A stretch of DNA of 64,000 bases from Octopus vulgaris (GCA_951406725.2 OX597825.1:38316001-38380000), one strand, 5' to 3'. Positions 41,197 to 59,394 are shown, numbered from the stretch's first letter. Numbers and translations are program-made. Notes: generated by a model not told the origin, from the letters alone.

Positions 41197-42733
41197 GTGA
41201 GTATGTGTCAATAACAATCGATTTGAATAATTTGGCCAATTGGTAGTCATAGCACCAATACTGTATGTGTCAGTCAATGCAATGTAATAAAACAAATGTA
41301 AAGTATAAATGATATTAGCAATAACAATATAGAAATAATGAAAAATAACCATCACCAGTGCGCTGTTTTATCTTCTAGATTTTACCCTTACTAAATACAT
41401 AGAGAATTATCATCTTCAGCAGCAGTATATACTTGCTTGCAATTCATAGGTTATAAATCACAAAGGTTTTTCGTAATTGGTATTTTGAAGATGACACGTA
41501 TTTAGATGCTTTGGTTACAGACGTTTTCTAGGTCTTTATTAAAATCAATTGCGTCAAAATTTGTGTAGCATACGTAATTAAACGAGAACTTTAATAACAC
41601 TTCGAAGTTTACATAATTTAAGTCTAAATCGACTTGTTATGTCGAACCATCCTAATACAACTGCGTACTACCGGACATTGCAAGCATGGCTTGCAATTTA
41701 AGTGATGAATAACCAGGACGAAAGCTGTAATAAAAACGATGCTGCTTGAAGTTTAAAACCGGTCGATGATACTCTCAAGCTAAATTCCATACAGTTTTCT
41801 AAATACTCTGCTACACTTCTGTGTGCAGAGATAATCGACAGCTGTTGTTCAGTAGATTGCTATTCAAAACACACAGTAATAATGCGGACTTCCATTTGAG
41901 ACAAAGTAATTTCTTAATTGCGTTTCAGTCATTTTTCCATTAAGAGTATGTGTATAGGTAATTCGAAGGAGAAAATCAATACAATTGTTTCCTTTCATCA
42001 TAAAATCATTTGTTTTCTTCTGGAATTTATGCTATAATCAGAAGTCTTCAAAACTTTGACAATAGCTAGCAACACAAAACAGCAACAACCAATACACACA
42101 CACACATGCACATACACGATCATGTGTGTATTTGTAACAATGTGTGTATGCGAGTGTTAGTCATGTGTAAGTATAATCCCTCTCCCACCCTGTCTCACTT
42201 TCTCTATTATATATATTTACACGCACACACACCCGAACACATATTTGCACATACACACACACACACAAATATTTAGCTTTCCACTAATTTGATAATCAGT
42301 ACAAATCGAGGTTAAGTCTACAGAATGTTGAGAATTTCTTCAGCAGTATTATATCAGATGTGCTATTATCCTGACAACTCATGTCATAAAGAAGTTCCTG
42401 CCTATATCTATACATAGTGGGACGTAAATTTTATAGATTTATACCATCGTGTAAAGATGTTTCGATGACTGTAGTATAATAACTGTAGGTGTTAAATAGG
42501 ATGTACGACTATAATTTCGTTTCTGTTTAGCAATCTTCTTGTTCATGTTGTTTTTTAACACTCAACAGAAACAGAATGGATTAAACTGACAGCACAAACA
42601 TTCATGTCAACATTGATTAGTACGAGACATATGTGTTGTCAGAGCATAAATACAATTAATTCGATTTTATTCGTTTATAACTAATGACTAAATTTCGAGT
42701 ATACTCGAATAATGCACTAATTGATTCATATTT

Positions 42734-42795
<62 letters not shown>

Positions 42796-42850
42796 GCTTC
42801 TACTGCTGCTGTTGCTGCTGGTGGTACGACAATGACGACGACGGCGACCA
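42734..42850. repeat. (TAC)n/(TGC)n/(GAC)n compound microsatellite
   Basis: Direct trinucleotide runs. Confidence 0.95.
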
Positions 42851-43174
42851 CAAGATGAAAAGTTGGGTGATCCATTCAATTCTACTGATATATTTTAGTG
42901 TTTATAGAACATTTTAATTCGTGTTTGCTTGTCAAGCAACTATCATTTTTAAAAACCTACATTCTAATCTTTCAACGACAAAGCTGTTATTCCAAATAAC
43001 CATTTGTTTTGTTACTTACTGCACAAACTACTAGTAGTTTAAGTCTGTACCGCGCGCGCACCAATCGGAATTTCCGTTCGAAAATATATTATGGTATTCT
43101 TCCGAACTATCTTTTTTGCAAATATAAACCTCATTTATCTATCTATGCAATCAATCTATGTAATATATCTGTCC

Positions 43175-43254
<80 letters not shown>

Positions 43255-44171
43255 CACACAGATTATATCTACAGACACACATGCATAGGTACACATACTC
43301 ATATAGATATAAATTGTGTGAGTGGTGTATGTGTGCGTTCGCACGAGTATATGTGTGTATGTGTGCGTGTGTGTGTACGTATGTGAGCGTGTGTGTGTGT
43401 GTGCTGATGCAGCAAGGTTTATATGGCAGAGTGCAGAACACACAATATGCTAAATATAAGTTTAATTTGAATAGAATTGCAAGTATATTGCACCGACCAT
43501 ATTACTAAACGTTTAAAGTCAAACAATATGGAATTCGTTTCCACCCTGTACAGTCGATTTACACCTGCTTTACTGAACGTGTAAATTCATTTATGCTGGT
43601 GGAAAGCCATCCCAACTTCAGTTTGTATCATATTCATCCTCTGTTCTGATAAATGTTCGAAAAATCCTGTATTATTAATGTGAACGCTTTAATGCATGTA
43701 AAATAACTTTCACAAATAGAAAGGAAATACTTCTCCTGATATTGACTTATTGAAGTATAGTGAACTATTTTCAAATATCTAAAGATATCGACTTTGTGGT
43801 AAACGTGAATATGCTGTGCTGATTGAGTTAGGGTTTTAGCGTTTTAATGTCGGTTCACGAAATATAGAGTAATTAGAGGATCTTTTAAGATCAGAGGGCT
43901 TACGGGGAGAACAAATGAATTTCCTTGAACTTATTACATGCACATTCTACCTCTCAAGTATTTGAGTATGTTCTGGGTAAACACTCTGATTTCCTTCGGT
44001 TGATTCATGAAACGTATTCATAAATGCGCTTGCAACTATTAAAAACTTCAGATTTGGGTTTGAAACTTATGCCTGTACATATACAAGTTATTCCGGAATT
44101 TTACTTTTGGGGCTGAGGAGAGATTATATTCATCTCCAAAAAGAATTAAAAAATCTTTTTTTCCTCTACAG

Positions 44172-44236
44172 AATCGAAAATATTCGGGAGGAAGAAGATT
44201 GCTTCTGTTCACACGTTGTTGATAATAACTTTACTG
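44172..44236 (+). CDS. Candidate internal exon of a small cysteine-rich protein (xIENIREEEDCFCSHVVDNNFT)
   Basis: Acceptor tctttttttcctctacag|, donor ACTG|gtaaat; ends in phase 1, compatible with the 53494 exon. Confidence 0.6.
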
Positions 44237-45504
44237 GTAAATCTATTAAAGACATCATAGAGACAGATAATTACATGAATTGTAAAGCATAAGCCATATC
44301 CCGAAGTGCTTGTATTTAATATACGATAGGATCGTCCTAAATCAAAAAAGTTTAACACCATAAGAATAAATGCTTATACGACTGAATGTAGTTCAAAATA
44401 TTCAGGTGTGTTTTAGAATGGTATTGTTAGCAAGAATTTTCTAAACTACTTACATAATGATATCCACCAGACACGCTGAATGGAATAAAATTAATACATT
44501 TAGAACTTAGTTTTATAAGTATATACAAAAATGCTAGATGATCTAAATATTTTTTATCAACTTCACTATAATTTGTTTTCATGCTACAGAGACGAATTTT
44601 TAATTATCACAAAAAATGCAAATACTCATATTTTGTAAAGAATAGAGAAGGATATAAATGCAAATATTCAGATATTTCGCATTGAAATCGCCAAGAAATT
44701 AAAATGCTAGCAAATTCACGATAACATATTACAGGAAAATGCTCTTAATTGCAGGTGCAACTGATTTTGTAAAGAGAAACAAAGTGATAAAAAACAAAGA
44801 GAAGCAGTGTGCATATTACTTTAAAAATAAATGAAATGTAAAGTAAATCATTTCGAATAAACCTTATGTATATTGTATGTTGTATTCATACTATAAAAAT
44901 AGTAGTAAATACAACAAACCTGACAACATTATGAAGAACTTGAAACTGGAAATAAAAATTATCTTTTAATACGCCATTATACTTACATAAATGTATATCA
45001 CATTTGTAAAAATATCGAAAACTATAAAAGCAGCAAATAAAGATTTTTTTTTAGAAAACAGAGAAACATAAATAATGATAGAAAATTAGGTGCAATAATA
45101 CGTTAAACATGGAAGTCAGCAGGAAATATACGAGGCAAAATGAAGGACAGAAGTAAGAATATGAAGAGGAACTTCTATTTGCAAGATTAAACACGTTTCA
45201 TACTTTTCTATACAGAAAAAAATATATATACAAATGTACAGATAAGAATGTAGTTGTAAGAACAAAAGAGCAGGTGGTTCAGAAAATGTGTTTATTGATC
45301 AACCCCGATTTCTTGCTAGTAGATTTAAATATGAAAGCTTTTTCTTCGTAAAATTCTTTTCCTTCCTTATATCTTATGCTGTTATTAGCAAATTCCATGT
45401 CTTCACAATTATTTCGATGCACAGTAAAATATCATCGTCACAGTATAATTCAATCATGCTGATAAAGCTGATCATGATGATGATGATGATGATAATAATA
45501 ACAA

Positions 45505-45660
45505 TTGTTATTTCAAAATTTTGCAACAAGGGCAGCTTGGGAGAGGTGGGGATCGGTCGATTACATCGAGCCCAGTGTTCATCTTGTACTTATTTTATCG
45601 ACTTTGAAAGGTTGAATGCAAGGTCGATCTCGAGAGAATTTGAACTCAAAAAGGAACGAA
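45505..45660 (-). mobile_element. SINE family B, partial
   Basis: gtcgattacatcga..gtacttattttatcgac..aaggtcgatctcgagagaatttgaactc. Confidence 0.8.
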
Positions 45661-45661
45661 G

Positions 45662-45662
<1 letters not shown>

Positions 45663-45757
<95 letters not shown>
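45663..45757. repeat. (TAA)n microsatellite (LINE target site)
   Basis: Pure run abutting the LINE 5' junction. Confidence 0.98.
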
Positions 45758-45759
<2 letters not shown>

Positions 45760-47031
45760 TCCTTAACTGGACACGAAATGAACTGTCCAAAATAGATAGG
45801 AAAACAAGAAAAATACTGACAGGATCTAGGATGCATCACCCAAAATCTGACATAGAAAGACTATATATACAACGTATAGAAGGTGGTAGAGGCATTATAC
45901 AGCTGGAAAACTACTATAAATTAACCACCATAGGACTGCAAAAATACCTACTTCAGAAGGAAGGAAAACTGATCCAGATAGCAGCAAAACACGAGCAAAA
46001 CAAAAAACTGTTCTCAGTATTTAAGGAAGCTGACAAATACAAACAAGAAATCATACCACCTAATAAACACAAAGAAGAAGAAGAAGATGATGAAGAAACA
46101 ACAAAAGCTATAAAACAAATGAAATCCAAACTAAAAATAGAACAGCAACGAGCCATGATAAAACGATGGCAAGAAAAGCCCCTTCATGGTAAATACTGCA
46201 CTAAACTAAACGCAAAAGAAATAGACAAAGAAAAATCCCAGCAATGGTTGAGAAGCTCAGGACTCAAAGCAGAAACAGAGGGATTGTTAATTGCAGCACA
46301 AGACCAAAGCCTCCCCACCAGAAATTACCAAAAACATGTAATGAAAAGAAATATTACAAGTAACTGCAGAATATGTGGAGATGGACAAGAAACAAAAAAT
46401 CATATTATCTCTAGCTGCCCAGTCCTGGCTAAGAAGGAATATATTCACAGACATGACAGAGTTGGAACCTACATACATTGGAAGCTATGCCAACATTATG
46501 GAATAACAACAGAAAAAAGATGGTATAGGCACACACCAGAAAAGGTCACAGAAAACGAGAAATCAACCATACTCTGGGATATGCCGATACACACAGATAG
46601 AGAAATTAAGGCCAACAGACCAGATATAGTTGTCAGAGATCATGAAGAAAAAAAATGCTTTCTAATTGATGTATCAATACCGGCAGATGACAACGTGTCT
46701 CTAAAAGAAATGGAGAAACTCTCAAAATACAAAGACCTGGAAATAGAGGTAACTAGAATGTGGAACCTGAAAACAGATACAATTCCTATCATAGTAGGTG
46801 CATTAGGCATGATAAAAAAATATTCAGACAAATACATAACAAAAACACCAGGACTTACAAACACATATAACATACAGAAAATTGCACTACTAGGCACTGC
46901 ACACATCCTACGCAGAACACTTTCCATACAATAACCATCAGAGCATCACAACAAATCACAGCACATACACAAGGCACACAGAGCTGCGCTCGGTAGTGAA
47001 GTGAAAGCACGCTATAAAAATAAAACTACTG
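45758..47031 (+). mobile_element. R4/Dong-clade non-LTR retrotransposon, 5'-truncated, with uninterrupted frame
   Basis: Post-RT region, CCHC knuckle CRICGDGQETKNHIISSC, RHD, and restriction-like endonuclease RPDIVV..LIDVSIP..EKLSKY..PIIVGALG. Stop at 46934, ~97-nt 3' UTR, (TAA)n on both sides. Confidence 0.95.
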
Positions 47032-47047
47032 AATAATAATAATAACA

Positions 47048-51392
<4,345 letters not shown>

Positions 51393-52171
51393 GTATATTT
51401 GATAATATCAAACCTAGGGCTAAACTGGTGCATGTTCTATAAAAAAATCCAGTCAATCTAGACGGACTTTCAACTTATTTTGTGAATGTACGCTGTATAT
51501 ATACACAAATTAACGAATTCGTATAGAAATGTGAAATGGGGAATATAAAGGAAAACTACATAATATACTATAGAAACATTATTGAATCTAATAAATCCAG
51601 CCAATTTTTGTATCGCTACAAATCTAAAATTTCGTCAAATCAGTCTGAATGTAGTATATGAATAGAAACTATTAAAGACCAACTGAATCACACATGCATA
51701 TTTTATACAGAATTGTACGTCATTATCAAATACAGTACATCTGTTCAAACAATGTGCTCCTTGTGCCTGGCATTACATTCTCCTAAGGGTTTTCCTAACG
51801 ACTGTTTTACCGTTGGAATCAAAGAAACATGTACAGAAAGACATTTCATGGTCGATATCACGCTGTTAATGTTCTACTTGCACTATCAATTTATATTACT
51901 TGCTATCTTCAAACACAGGTATATTCTCATTCACTCACTCACTCACTCACAAACACACACATATACACAAACACACACACACACAAACGCACAAGTACAC
52001 AGACATATTTCACACAGTGTGCTCATGAATGCCGATATATAATGTGAACAATTCCAACCACACAACTAGGCTTTCCTAAAAACCACGCCTACATGCACAC
52101 ACAAAATATGCATCGATATATTAACGTTTTATATACATATACACCTACATAAATACACACACATAAGCACG

Positions 52172-52216
<45 letters not shown>

Positions 52217-52759
52217 GTACATGTGTGTATATGTGTTTGTGTGTATACATGTATGTATCAATATATGTATGCATGCGTGCAAGCATTTCAAGAAAGGAAA
52301 AGCAATAAGCTATAACGAGATCGGCTATATGCCCTATTGACCAAGACAAACAATAACAATTACATATCTGCTGCAGAAACACTAGAAAATCTTCGATTCC
52401 GCTCTTCAGTTATCGAATGTTTCTTTCAAATGTCATATGGTAATACATGTATTCCACTTATATTCGGAAGTGTGTTTTCTGACGATTGCAAATATATGCA
52501 TACAAATAAAGTCAGAATCAGAAGGATCAACGCATGCAATCATACTTTCAAACCTACTTGTCCAGAAACACAAACACACATACACCTACACATAAAAATA
52601 TCTAAGAATATTAGGAGACATTCAACGTAAAAGGCATATGATAAAGATTGCTATGCACAGCACTATTACATTCAGTTCGTTGTATAGATTAAAATGTAAG
52701 TCACTATATTGAAAAATGCGTTGAAAAAATTTGATAAGAATTTCAACTAATATATGGTC

Positions 52760-53345
52760 AAAGATCCAGCAATTTTGGGAAATGTCAATTAAATCGGTGC
52801 ACGTGACCAACTGATAATTATTTCATGGACCGCGAAAGAAGGAAAGGCAAATTCGAACAAAATGCCATTAAACTTATTGGCCGCTGCGGTAACGATCCAA
52901 TTGATATTTAATTGCAACTATCATTGGTTTCGTACTTTGGCACAACGCTAGCCATCTTGGTGAGGGAGTTAGTAGACTACATCGAACCCAGCACTCAACT
53001 GGTACTTATTTCATAAACTCAGAAACGATTAAAGACAAAATCGACCCCAGTGACATCTGGACTGAAAAGATAAGAACGGAAGAAATGCCGGTAAGCTTTT
53101 TTTCCAGGTGCAATAAACATTCTACCAGGTCACAAATTTAATTACAACTAACGCTGATTTCAAATTTTGGCTCAATACCAACAATTTCGGTGAAGGAGTA
53201 AGTCGATTTACTCGACCCCAGTGCTCAAATAGTACTTATATAACCGACCCCGAAATGATAACAAAAACAAATTCGACCTCGACGGTTTTGATCTCAGAAC
53301 TTGAACTCTGGCGAAATTTCGCTCAGCATTTTCCCCAGCCCGCTG
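52760..53345 (-). mobile_element. Three tandem degraded SINE family B copies
   Basis: The block tcga..cccag..ctcaa.t.gtactta..gaccc.gaaa..aaa.tcgacc repeats with a period of about 215-235 bp. Confidence 0.75.
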
Positions 53346-53493
53346 AGAATAATTAATTTCAACTAATACTAATATTTAAAATAACATTATCATTGGAAGT
53401 GCCGTCATATATTCTAATTACGTTGCGGTGTTTCTTGAAACACCTATGTCTGTTAGATTTTTGCAAGAAGAAAGAGGCATTTTGATTTTCCAG

Positions 53494-53535
53494 ACAGATG
53501 CTGGAATAAATGTGTATACTGTTATAAGTTTGAAG
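53494..53535 (+). CDS. Candidate internal exon (D)RCWNKCVYCYKFE
   Basis: Acceptor ttttgattttccag|, consensus donor AAG|GTAAGT, 42 nt, phase 1-1. Confidence 0.65.
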
Positions 53536-55367
53536 GTAAGTCTAAAGATCTTGTTCTGCGACTAGAAGTGACATTTTTGTCAAAACACTAGTATGGTGAG
53601 AAACAAAACATACAATCGCCAGTAATATCCATAGCACTATTACATTCACTCAAATTAGTATGCAACAAAGCTACATTGCAGCAAAGTAGAGGCCCCACTA
53701 ACGTTGTTTACAATAAAAGTGAAACAGCTGAAGTAAACATAAATAATTCTACGACACGGAACAATAGAAACTTTATGTTTTAATGCACGCCATATCATAC
53801 TTATAGATGGAATTTAGATCGGACTTACAGGAATCAATATGTAACCGTTTTCTTCACACACTTATCAGAAGTTCTGTTGCGGAACATTTGTTTAGTTCAT
53901 ATATTTGTTGGAAAAACAATATTGAAGCTGCAAACAAAATACTGTAAACAGGTAAACAAGACAACAAGAATACAACAGCAAAAACAAACATTGGTACTAT
54001 TTTGATAAGTCGTAAGTATTGCCAAAGGGAATTTTACACCTAGCAGATGTGTTATTGGTAGGCCATACAGCAAAACATGTAACATATAATGGATGTAAGA
54101 TTCGCACAACTCCAGCTGTAAGTGTAACGGAATTATATTTTCACACGCGCACGCTCACACATACTCTCTTTCTCTCTCTCTCCCACATACACACACTCAC
54201 ACAAACACATACACACACGCGAAACTAAATACATATATACCAAATACTCACTTGAAGTAGCAATGGTGAACCTCAACTTGTATGACGTTATCAATAGGAG
54301 AAAAATTAGATTAAGCTTAAAAAATTCTCATTAAAAAATTAATGGAATTGCTAGTACGAAACTTTGTACACTAGCACTCCATATGATTCGTTGAATATTT
54401 CTCTCTCTTTATTAATAAGCATCGTACATGCTTACATATATATTCCACACTCATATATTCATTATAAAACATATTTACTTGTAATTGTTTTATAAAGCTA
54501 CATAAAAAATACGGTGGTGTGCTTGTAAATATATATTTTATTCATGTAGCCTCATATATATCGTTTCTATGTATATAGGTGTGTTTGAAATGTTAAGTAA
54601 GATACATTTTAAAACACTTAAAAATACGCATAAAATATATATGGTGTATGTTCATTTATTTTATGTTCCTAAAATTATATGAATACATTTATAATTATTT
54701 TTATTGTAGTTGACTTAAAAGGATTGCATTTATACAACTGTAATGTATGTAAATTGTATTTTAGGGTTTATGTCGGAACCGCGTTATATATAATTTAGAG
54801 CACATTAAATATACAACACGAAGTTGTGACAGGGGGTTATAAAAAGAGAAGGAAATTAATGTTGAAAGTAACCCATTTCAAACGATGAAATAACATTTAT
54901 TAGCATAATTAGCATATTAAAACTTTCATTTGATATTAGCGAGTTTTTTTTAACATTTTTAAATATGTTTATAAACATCATTAAGTACCCTTCATATATG
55001 AAAATTCTCATTATGTTAGATTGAATAATAATAATAATAACTTCGCTTTAGTAGTGCCTTCCAAGATTTAATGTTTGCTGCCATCGTTCATCGAGACAAA
55101 TTGTACACATTGAGTTTTGGAATATGTTTTATTTAATATTTGTAGATAAAGTCAGTATCCAATGCTTCAGTACATTGTGTAAGGATTACGATTCAGCGCA
55201 TAACTCAATTTGTCTTTCCAATAGAAAGATCTATTTTTCCTAAGAGCCGACCAACATTTTTAAAAGGATTATTTATTTATATTTATATGATTTCATACAC
55301 ACATGCACATATATACACATATATACGCAAACACAACGACATCTGAGCGCACAAGTATAGTAGTAAT

Positions 55368-55915
55368 AACAAGAGTACTCAGAGAGCGCAAACCTCCGCC
55401 ATGCAATACCAACGTCCTCTCATCGATTAGCCAGCGATGATTCTTAAAATGAGAATATCTGAAATAAACTCGGCTGCTCTCACAAACAAGAATACTAAAG
55501 ATGACCTCTACCGCAAATTTAGTAAATCATTCGGAAATATAATCCAGAAACCGTGTCCAGTACCTGATCGATCACAATGATAGTCATGGAATGTGAAGGT
55601 TGTTGTAGAGAGTTTAGTAACAGTAATAAATCTTTTATATTTATCTAATACAATCCAAATTCAAAATAGTTACAATCTAGAAGGAGATATATTGAGAAAT
55701 ACTTGAAAGTTAACGTAAGATTGTAATCAGGTAAAGTAAAGTAAATATAACAAATAATCCAGAATCCCTGTCCGGTACCGGCTCGATCCCAAAATATAAT
55801 CCGTTCGTGCAAGCAACGTGGCCAAACATCCCTGAAAGTTCTATCCGAATGAATCCATCCAGCGGTTCTTGAGATATCTTGTCCATAGATAATCAAACAA
55901 ATACGACTGAAAACA
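55368..55915 (+). mobile_element. Helentron-associated (HINE/DINE-1-like) non-autonomous element, interrupted
   Basis: Starts aacaagagtactcagagagcgcaaacctccgcc; later atccatccagcggttcttgagatatc..caaacaaa..gaaaacaa. The taatccagaa.cc.tgtcc.gtacc block is duplicated around an insert at ~55578-55750. Confidence 0.6.
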
Positions 55916-56204
55916 ACAACAACAACAATAATAATAAATAAGTATATACATATATATATACACACACATACATACATACATATGTACGTTCATATACATA
56001 CACACGTGAGTGTGGGGTAATGATAAATTGTTTCGTAAACAGGTTTACACAATGGAATTTTAAAAGAAAAAATTTCAGGAGATCCTGCATTAATATTTAA
56101 AAAGAATTTGTTGAAAAAGAAATTAAGAAAGTTTTCCTTGCATATTATACTTAATCACTGCCGTAGTGATTCAGTCACAAATTATTTGCATCATAATAGT
56201 AAAA

Positions 56205-56412
56205 TTAATAACAATGATAATGATAGTAGTAAAAGCAGCTGTTGGTTTTGTTGTTGTTGTTGCTGTAGGAGTCGTATCAGCAGGAACAATGGTAGTAGTA
56301 GTTGTTGAGGAAGCAGCAGTAGTAGTGGTGGTGGTGGTGGTAGTAGTAGCTGCAGCAACAGCAGCAGCAGCAGCATCAGCAGTAGTAGTAGTAGTAGTAG
56401 AAATAATAACAA
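56205..56412. repeat. Compound trinucleotide microsatellite (AAT/AGT/TGT/GCA)
   Basis: Direct runs. Confidence 0.92.
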
Positions 56413-57199
56413 CATTAAAATGTATAGACGCACAAACCACTCGTTAATGATTGCTTTCTTGTCTGATACATAATCGATAAACTTCACTTGTAACTATGTT
56501 ACAGTCCAATGATTCATTAATCTATCTATCTATCTATCTATCTGTCTGTCTGTATGTATGTCTGTCTGTCTGCATGTTTATCTATATATCTATAAGCATA
56601 CATATAAATACATACATATATATATATATATATATGCCTATAGATATATATACATATATATACAGATATATATGTATATGTATACAAACATATGTATATA
56701 CATACACACACATGCAGGCACTCAAACACGTACACACACACACAGACGCACATACACAAACGCACATATATACGCACACGCATAAACACAAGCACTGACA
56801 TACACGTATATGTGTTAGTGTACATATGCGCGTGTGTGAGTGTGAAGAATCTTTTATTAAAGTGTTATATATTGCTGACAGAGTCATACTATTTTTAAAG
56901 TGATAGAATATGAAAGGAATTGAATATCAGTAGGAATATTCTCAACTTTGTGATATCATTTGCAGAGATGTATGTATTATTGGCGAAAATGCTGAATAAG
57001 CAAGATAGATATTTGTAATATATCTATTACATAAATCTTAACTAGGTTATGTATTTAGTCTCTATTGAAAGCCATTTCAAATAATCAATGAAAAAGTTTT
57101 CCTCTGGGGTAATATAATAATTCAAATGTTTGCAGACAAACCTGGTTTATCAAAAGAGCATATCATGTTTTATCTTACTCCTTCTCTACGTCATTTCAG

Positions 57200-57252
57200 G
57201 TGAACAAGTTAAAAAGACAAATAATGCTTGTTGCACTGTTTGCCAAAGATAA
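57200..57252 (+). CDS. Candidate terminal coding exon (G)EQVKKTNNACCTVCQR*
   Basis: Long pyrimidine tract ttttatcttactccttctctacgtcatttcag|, phase-1 entry, TAA at 57250-57252. Confidence 0.65.
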
Positions 57253-57302
57253 AGTTTAAAAGATCGTTGAGGCATTATTTTTGGCCTCATAAATAGCAGT
57301 AA

Positions 57303-57340
57303 AATAAAGTTAGAATTTAAATGGCAATATTGAAAATAAA
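57303..57340 (+). terminator. Candidate polyadenylation signals
   Basis: AATAAA at 57303 and 57335, 50-90 nt after the stop; weak alone in AT-rich DNA. Confidence 0.35.
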
Positions 57341-57869
57341 AACTATAGTTTTAAAATTTATACCTTGAAATTAAATTTTGAGACATTTTAAAAGGTTTAA
57401 TGGTAAAATTAAATTCCAGTTTATACAAGCACAGTGAAAATTGAACATAAGCTAAAAATACTTGCGCTTAATTAGTTAATTATAATAAATGCTTGAGTAA
57501 AATTTTATTTTTATTAAAGGATATATCTCTTAAGTATATTAATGTATGTACAAACGTTATATAATGTGTTGCATTAACAGCAGAGGTTATTTCATTCTCT
57601 GAAATTTTACTATCAAACGCATAGAGTGTTATGATAATAATTATATATTGATGCTACAAATGCAGACACTAGAGACACACAGGCACACACGCGCGCGCAT
57701 ATATGAATGGTGCTGAGATATTTTTAACAAACAAAAATCACAGTTTATATCAACTACAAAAGGAAAGAGATCAGAACAGTAAAACTGCGAGTATATAAGG
57801 TCTTTATTTTGCTAGCCGCATCAAAATTCGATCTCTGCTACAAGTAAATATGAAAAATTAAAACTAAGA

Positions 57870-57910
<41 letters not shown>

Positions 57911-58069
57911 AAACATTCAAACACTAAGATTTGAAATAAGATGTTACTATCGTTAATATCATCTGTGGATAAAATTTAAAATTGATGGTATCAATAGCAG
58001 TGACATAGGTGGTTAACAGGCAACAAGCATTATTTAGCTATAAATTGCAAATCAGCACGAAGCATAGGC

Positions 58070-58386
58070 TGCTGAAAAGCATCAACGTGCTGGAAATAAG
58101 AGCTAAAGTCTTAATTAAACCACTTTAAACAGGAAGATAAAAGAGGAATAATAGTAGGCGAAGAAACGAAAAGAATTAATACATTCAAAGGCACAACTAT
58201 GAAAAATTATGCCGTTACAAAAGGCTCAAAGACTATATTTCCAAAGACTATATTTCTTAGTTATGTTTTTTTTTTTTTAGTTCCTTCCGTTCCCTCACCT
58301 ACTGTTATTTCTCTTTTATCTTGGTACTTTAAGGTGATTTGATTAAGAGTTTAGCCTTATATCTAGCAGGTTGATGCTTCTCTGCA
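58070..58386. repeat. Diverged ~110-bp inverted repeat (MITE/fold-back-like)
   Basis: aagcatcaacgtgctggaaataagagctaaagtcttaat..aagataaaagaggaataatagtagg versus cctactgttatttctcttttatctt..attaagagtttagccttatatctagcaggttgatgctt. Confidence 0.8.
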
Positions 58387-58647
58387 TTGTTACGCTTCTT
58401 TTCATATGTATATATATATATAATTAAATAAGGGTAAAAATTGATATTAATCAATTAAAACCAGTGGCCTAGCATATTTTTAAAAAATCCGAAGATTAAA
58501 AAATTTTTACATACAAAATTTAGAGGACTGACCACTAAAAGTGGACAGCCTGTATGCTACATATAGATGTCAAAATCGGCATATTATATAGGTGGTGCTA
58601 TTAAGTTAGACATGGCCTGGGCCAATACTGACCAAAACCTTTCTAAG

Positions 58648-58697
<50 letters not shown>

Positions 58698-58699
58698 TT

Positions 58700-58976
58700 G
58701 GAGGCGCAATGGCCTAGTGGTTAGGGCAGCGGACTCGCGGTCGTAGGATCGCGGTTTGTGAGTGTTTATTGAGCGAAAACACCTAAAAGCTCCACGAGGC
58801 TCCGGCAGGGGGTGGTGATCCCTGCTGTAATTTTTCACCACTCTTTCTCCCACTCTTTCTTCTGTTGGCCTGCTCGCTTAGCCAGCGGGGTGGCGTCATT
58901 CGAAGGCGAAAACAATGCGAACGCATTGTGACCAGCGATGTGTAACTAAATCTGATGGACTGGTCGGTCACGTGAT

Positions 58977-58983
<7 letters not shown>
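58700..58983 (+). mobile_element. tRNA-derived SINE family C (B box apparently truncated)
   Basis: ggaggcgcaatggcctagtggttagggcagcggac A box, GC-rich body, ends tcacgtgatcacgtga; inserted in microsatellite. Confidence 0.8.
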
Positions 58984-59023
<40 letters not shown>

Positions 59024-59076
59024 TGTATATATATATATATATGTATACATATATGTATATATATATATGTATACAT

Positions 59077-59128
<52 letters not shown>

Positions 59129-59214
59129 ATTCGAGACAAAACCACTACTTTGCAAAACAAACAAGGAAAGACTTAATCAATACATAAAAAATTTTAATAT
59201 AAAGAAATAAACCG

Positions 59215-59257
59215 CCACTACAATCGTTTCATGTCTTCAATGACATTCGTCAGGTGG
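59215..59257 (-). ncRNA. Minimal type I hammerhead ribozyme, intact core
   Basis: ccac CTGACGA atgtc attgaa gacat GAAA c gatt g TA gtgg. Confidence 0.85.
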
Positions 59258-59351
59258 ACTTTCGATCTCCTAATCTGTTTTAATTTATGAAACGAAAAGA
59301 ATTAATACATTCATAAATTCATAAATTAAAACAGATTAGGAGATCGAAAGT

Positions 59352-59394
59352 CCACCTGACGAATGTCATTGAAGACATGAAACGATTATAGTGG
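59352..59394 (+). ncRNA. Minimal type I hammerhead, stem III G-to-A variant
   Basis: ccac CTGACGA atgtc attgaa gacat GAAA c gatt a TA gtgg. Confidence 0.75.

Noticed and set aside
45288-45757. N-terminal part of the 548-aa ORF
   Set aside because: Chance read-through of flank, an antisense SINE and (TAA)n into the truncated LINE; only 45758 onward is real coding sequence.
58700-58760. tRNA gene
   Set aside because: SINE head with truncated B box and no acceptor stem; the other tRNA-like heads in the window also belong to repeats.
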